Source: Botryllus schlosseri (Eukaryota). From it: DNA of 64,000 bases. This document shows, piece by piece, positions 61,645 through 64,000 of this stretch. Made by a program: the position numbers and the translations under genes. Under the pieces are notes generated by a model. It had not been told where the DNA came from and searched no databases. It saw nothing but the letters and a program-made list of their open reading frames with translations. Location of the stretch: contig CM119372.1 in the NCBI GenBank assembly GCA_051294905.1, positions 20,896,001 to 20,960,000 of the forward strand, in the 5' to 3' direction. The first letter of the stretch is position 1; every line of letters begins with the position of its first letter.

Positions 61645-63069
61645 CTGGTAAATTTGACTCCTGAACAATCTGGATCCCATCGGACTTCACTTGGACGACG
61701 CTTTCTAGTAACGAATATACTTCAAATATAACTCGTAACTACTTTATTGGATAACGTATAATTGCAATCTGAATTGACACATAAGCTATATGTAATATAT
61801 TGACTATACTCGATTTAGTTTCTGTCTGATGGAGCGGGGCCTTCAACGACAGATAGAGAGATCGCGTATCATCTGCTGGACAAGCCCAGGTTGGTAGTTC
61901 TGTTCTAAATATAACTTGTGGAAGGATTTATGGAATACCCTTCATATACGGCATTTCCTGGGAAACATTTGCCCTGCGGCAGTAATGCATCTTGTTCCAT
62001 AATCCCCAAATGATACACTTGACAGTTTCGGGAATCATAATTCCTTGTAGTTCGACATACCTCGAAGGGCGTTGACGGGTAACGCCGGTCGCATGCTTGC
62101 AAATTTCCGCACTTATAGCCGATTGCAACAAAACCTGCAGAATAACTTACCATCAGTTATGTCGTGAAAGTTGAAGGAATTTTGCAAACATCACAAGCAG
62201 TATAGTACGGGGCAGATCGGCAAACTTCCTAGTCCGACTCCGATCCTGCTTCTTCAAAATGAAAGCCGGCTACGATCCGACACCGGTCGTACCAGAAAAA
62301 GTATGAATCCGGCTCCAATTCGGCTGCGAATCGAAACAATACATACATGCCAATACCCAATATCCTCTCAGGATCTGGCTAAATCCTGCACACTAGTCCC
62401 TAGTGCTCTGGCCGTATCAGAATAATACGAATGAGGACCCGATTCGCATCCTGCCTTATCAGCAAAAGTATGAATCCGGTTCCGGTTCAGTTTCGGGCAA
62501 ACAAAAAAAATCGGTCCGATATCCAGTCAATATACACTCCATGCTCCGCGCTAATAGGCTGATGCCAACGATCTCCCCCACATAGTGGTCGCGGGTGAAT
62601 TTCCGAGCTTGTTAGACCCCGAGGTCTGTAGCATTATAATAGTTGTTTTCAATCTCCAGACTGAAAGCCATAATTTAGCTATTGAAATACGAGATGATAT
62701 TGCTGCCTGGCATTCAGCACATACCGTCAAAGTGAACACACCACGATTATAGGTACCAAAATTTTACTACGTCACAATTCCAATTTCAGTTTCACTGATA
62801 CTTTATTTGTCGACCAGGTCGCTAACTGAAAATAGTTTGGGAGACAATGCTCTACAGAAATAACAAGATAGTTCGTGTTATCCGGATCTCTCTGCACACC
62901 AAAATCAGACTCATGAATATGTGATCACGTAGTTCTTGGTCGTGCAAGGTGCAGTCACTCGAAATCGTCACCAACGCTCTCTGCATATGTTCATCGCTAT
63001 GCAACATCGAGTTTTCTAACTAAACAAACAATTCGTCAATCAACGAATAGACTAATTATTCAGTGACAC

Positions 63070-63223
63070 TTATTGAGCGTCAGTTATAAGCACGCATCCA
63101 AACGCATGTACATTGTACAACGAGGATGATGATGAAGTTTTAAGCGCATATCGCTCCAAAGGACGTACAATGATTTGGAAGCGAAATTGCCTTGTACGGT
63201 TGTTCACACTGATTGTCTCTGTC
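63070..63223 (-). CDS. Possible terminal exon of an upstream gene (C1q/TNF-like beta C-terminus?)
   Basis: ttctag acceptor, then ..QFRFQIIVRPLERYALKTSSSSSLYNVHAFGCVLITDAQ*. The ending loosely recalls the C1q/TNF F-x-G-x-L motif. Confidence 0.25.
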
Positions 63224-64000
63224 CTAGAATTCGTACAAAATGTCACTCTATCCTCTATCATAGCGTGGGCCTACATAACGTATATCGGGTTGCCAATAAA
63301 TAAGACCAGCGCAAAGAGTCTATACGCGACAATGTAGTGACTGTCCGATGAGCCAAAACAGCTTTCTTCGGAAGAATAGGAGGGGGTTAACAGGGCGTCC
63401 AATACCCGGTTTGACGCCCAAGGAGGCGTTTTGTGAAAAAAAGTTTGGGAAACACTGATATAAATTTTTATACGTGAACAGCTGCGTATATAGGGTTGCA
63501 TTAAAAAGAGGTGCTTTAAAAATGCCGTTCGAAAATGTTTCTTTAATTATGTCACAATTGTGTAAATACGTGTATGGTATGGGCCTTATTACGACTATCA
63601 TTAGCTATAGTCGATGAATACGATACGGAATGGTTGGAACCCGTGAAATGGTCGTCGGCTCAACAGTTATAGTACGTATAGCTATATATCACTGGAACAG
63701 AATGGAAATTCTGGCGATGATGGCCGCCAACCGTAAAATGCTCCATGACAATGTTGTCTTGGTCAAATTTATTCCATTGTCCATTTAAGACATGGGTTGG
63801 AAATCTTTTTCTTCTAGGGTGCCATATTGATCCTATGTTTTCAATTGTAATTCTTGAAGAGCCATATAACAATGTCATTCCAATGTGGCATCACATTTTT
63901 ATTTTCGTGACGCTAATAGTTACAAAAAGCACACAATAGAAACATGTTTAAAAAAGAGACATGTTTTAAATATGTTTGTTTTAAATATTACCCTATGCGT

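Overview
Animal (eukaryotic) genomic DNA, very rich in transposons. A tunicate/ascidian source is inferred from several compact 55-75 nt introns, AG acceptors just upstream of start codons, a ZC3H13 without its zinc finger and a vanabin-like gene. Host genes reconstructed by hand from GT-AG phases: a TFPT-like coiled coil fused to an HMG box (-), intronless ZC3H13 (-), TMEM248 (+), FCF1/UTP24 (-), and an unrecognised secreted Cys-rich two-repeat protein with vanabin-like Cys spacing (-). Mobile DNA: an apparently intact Tx1/L1-clade LINE running off the left edge, CR1/L2 fragments, a tRNA-derived SINE, many non-autonomous hAT elements (most with 8-bp TSDs), a Sola2-like element, a P/Galileo-like foldback family with 7-bp TSDs, and a foldback element with ~205-bp-repeat arms enclosing a decayed USP (C19) deubiquitinase gene. 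A 3731-bp tandem duplication carries a hAT nest in only one copy. All homologies were recognised from remembered motifs; no searches were run.
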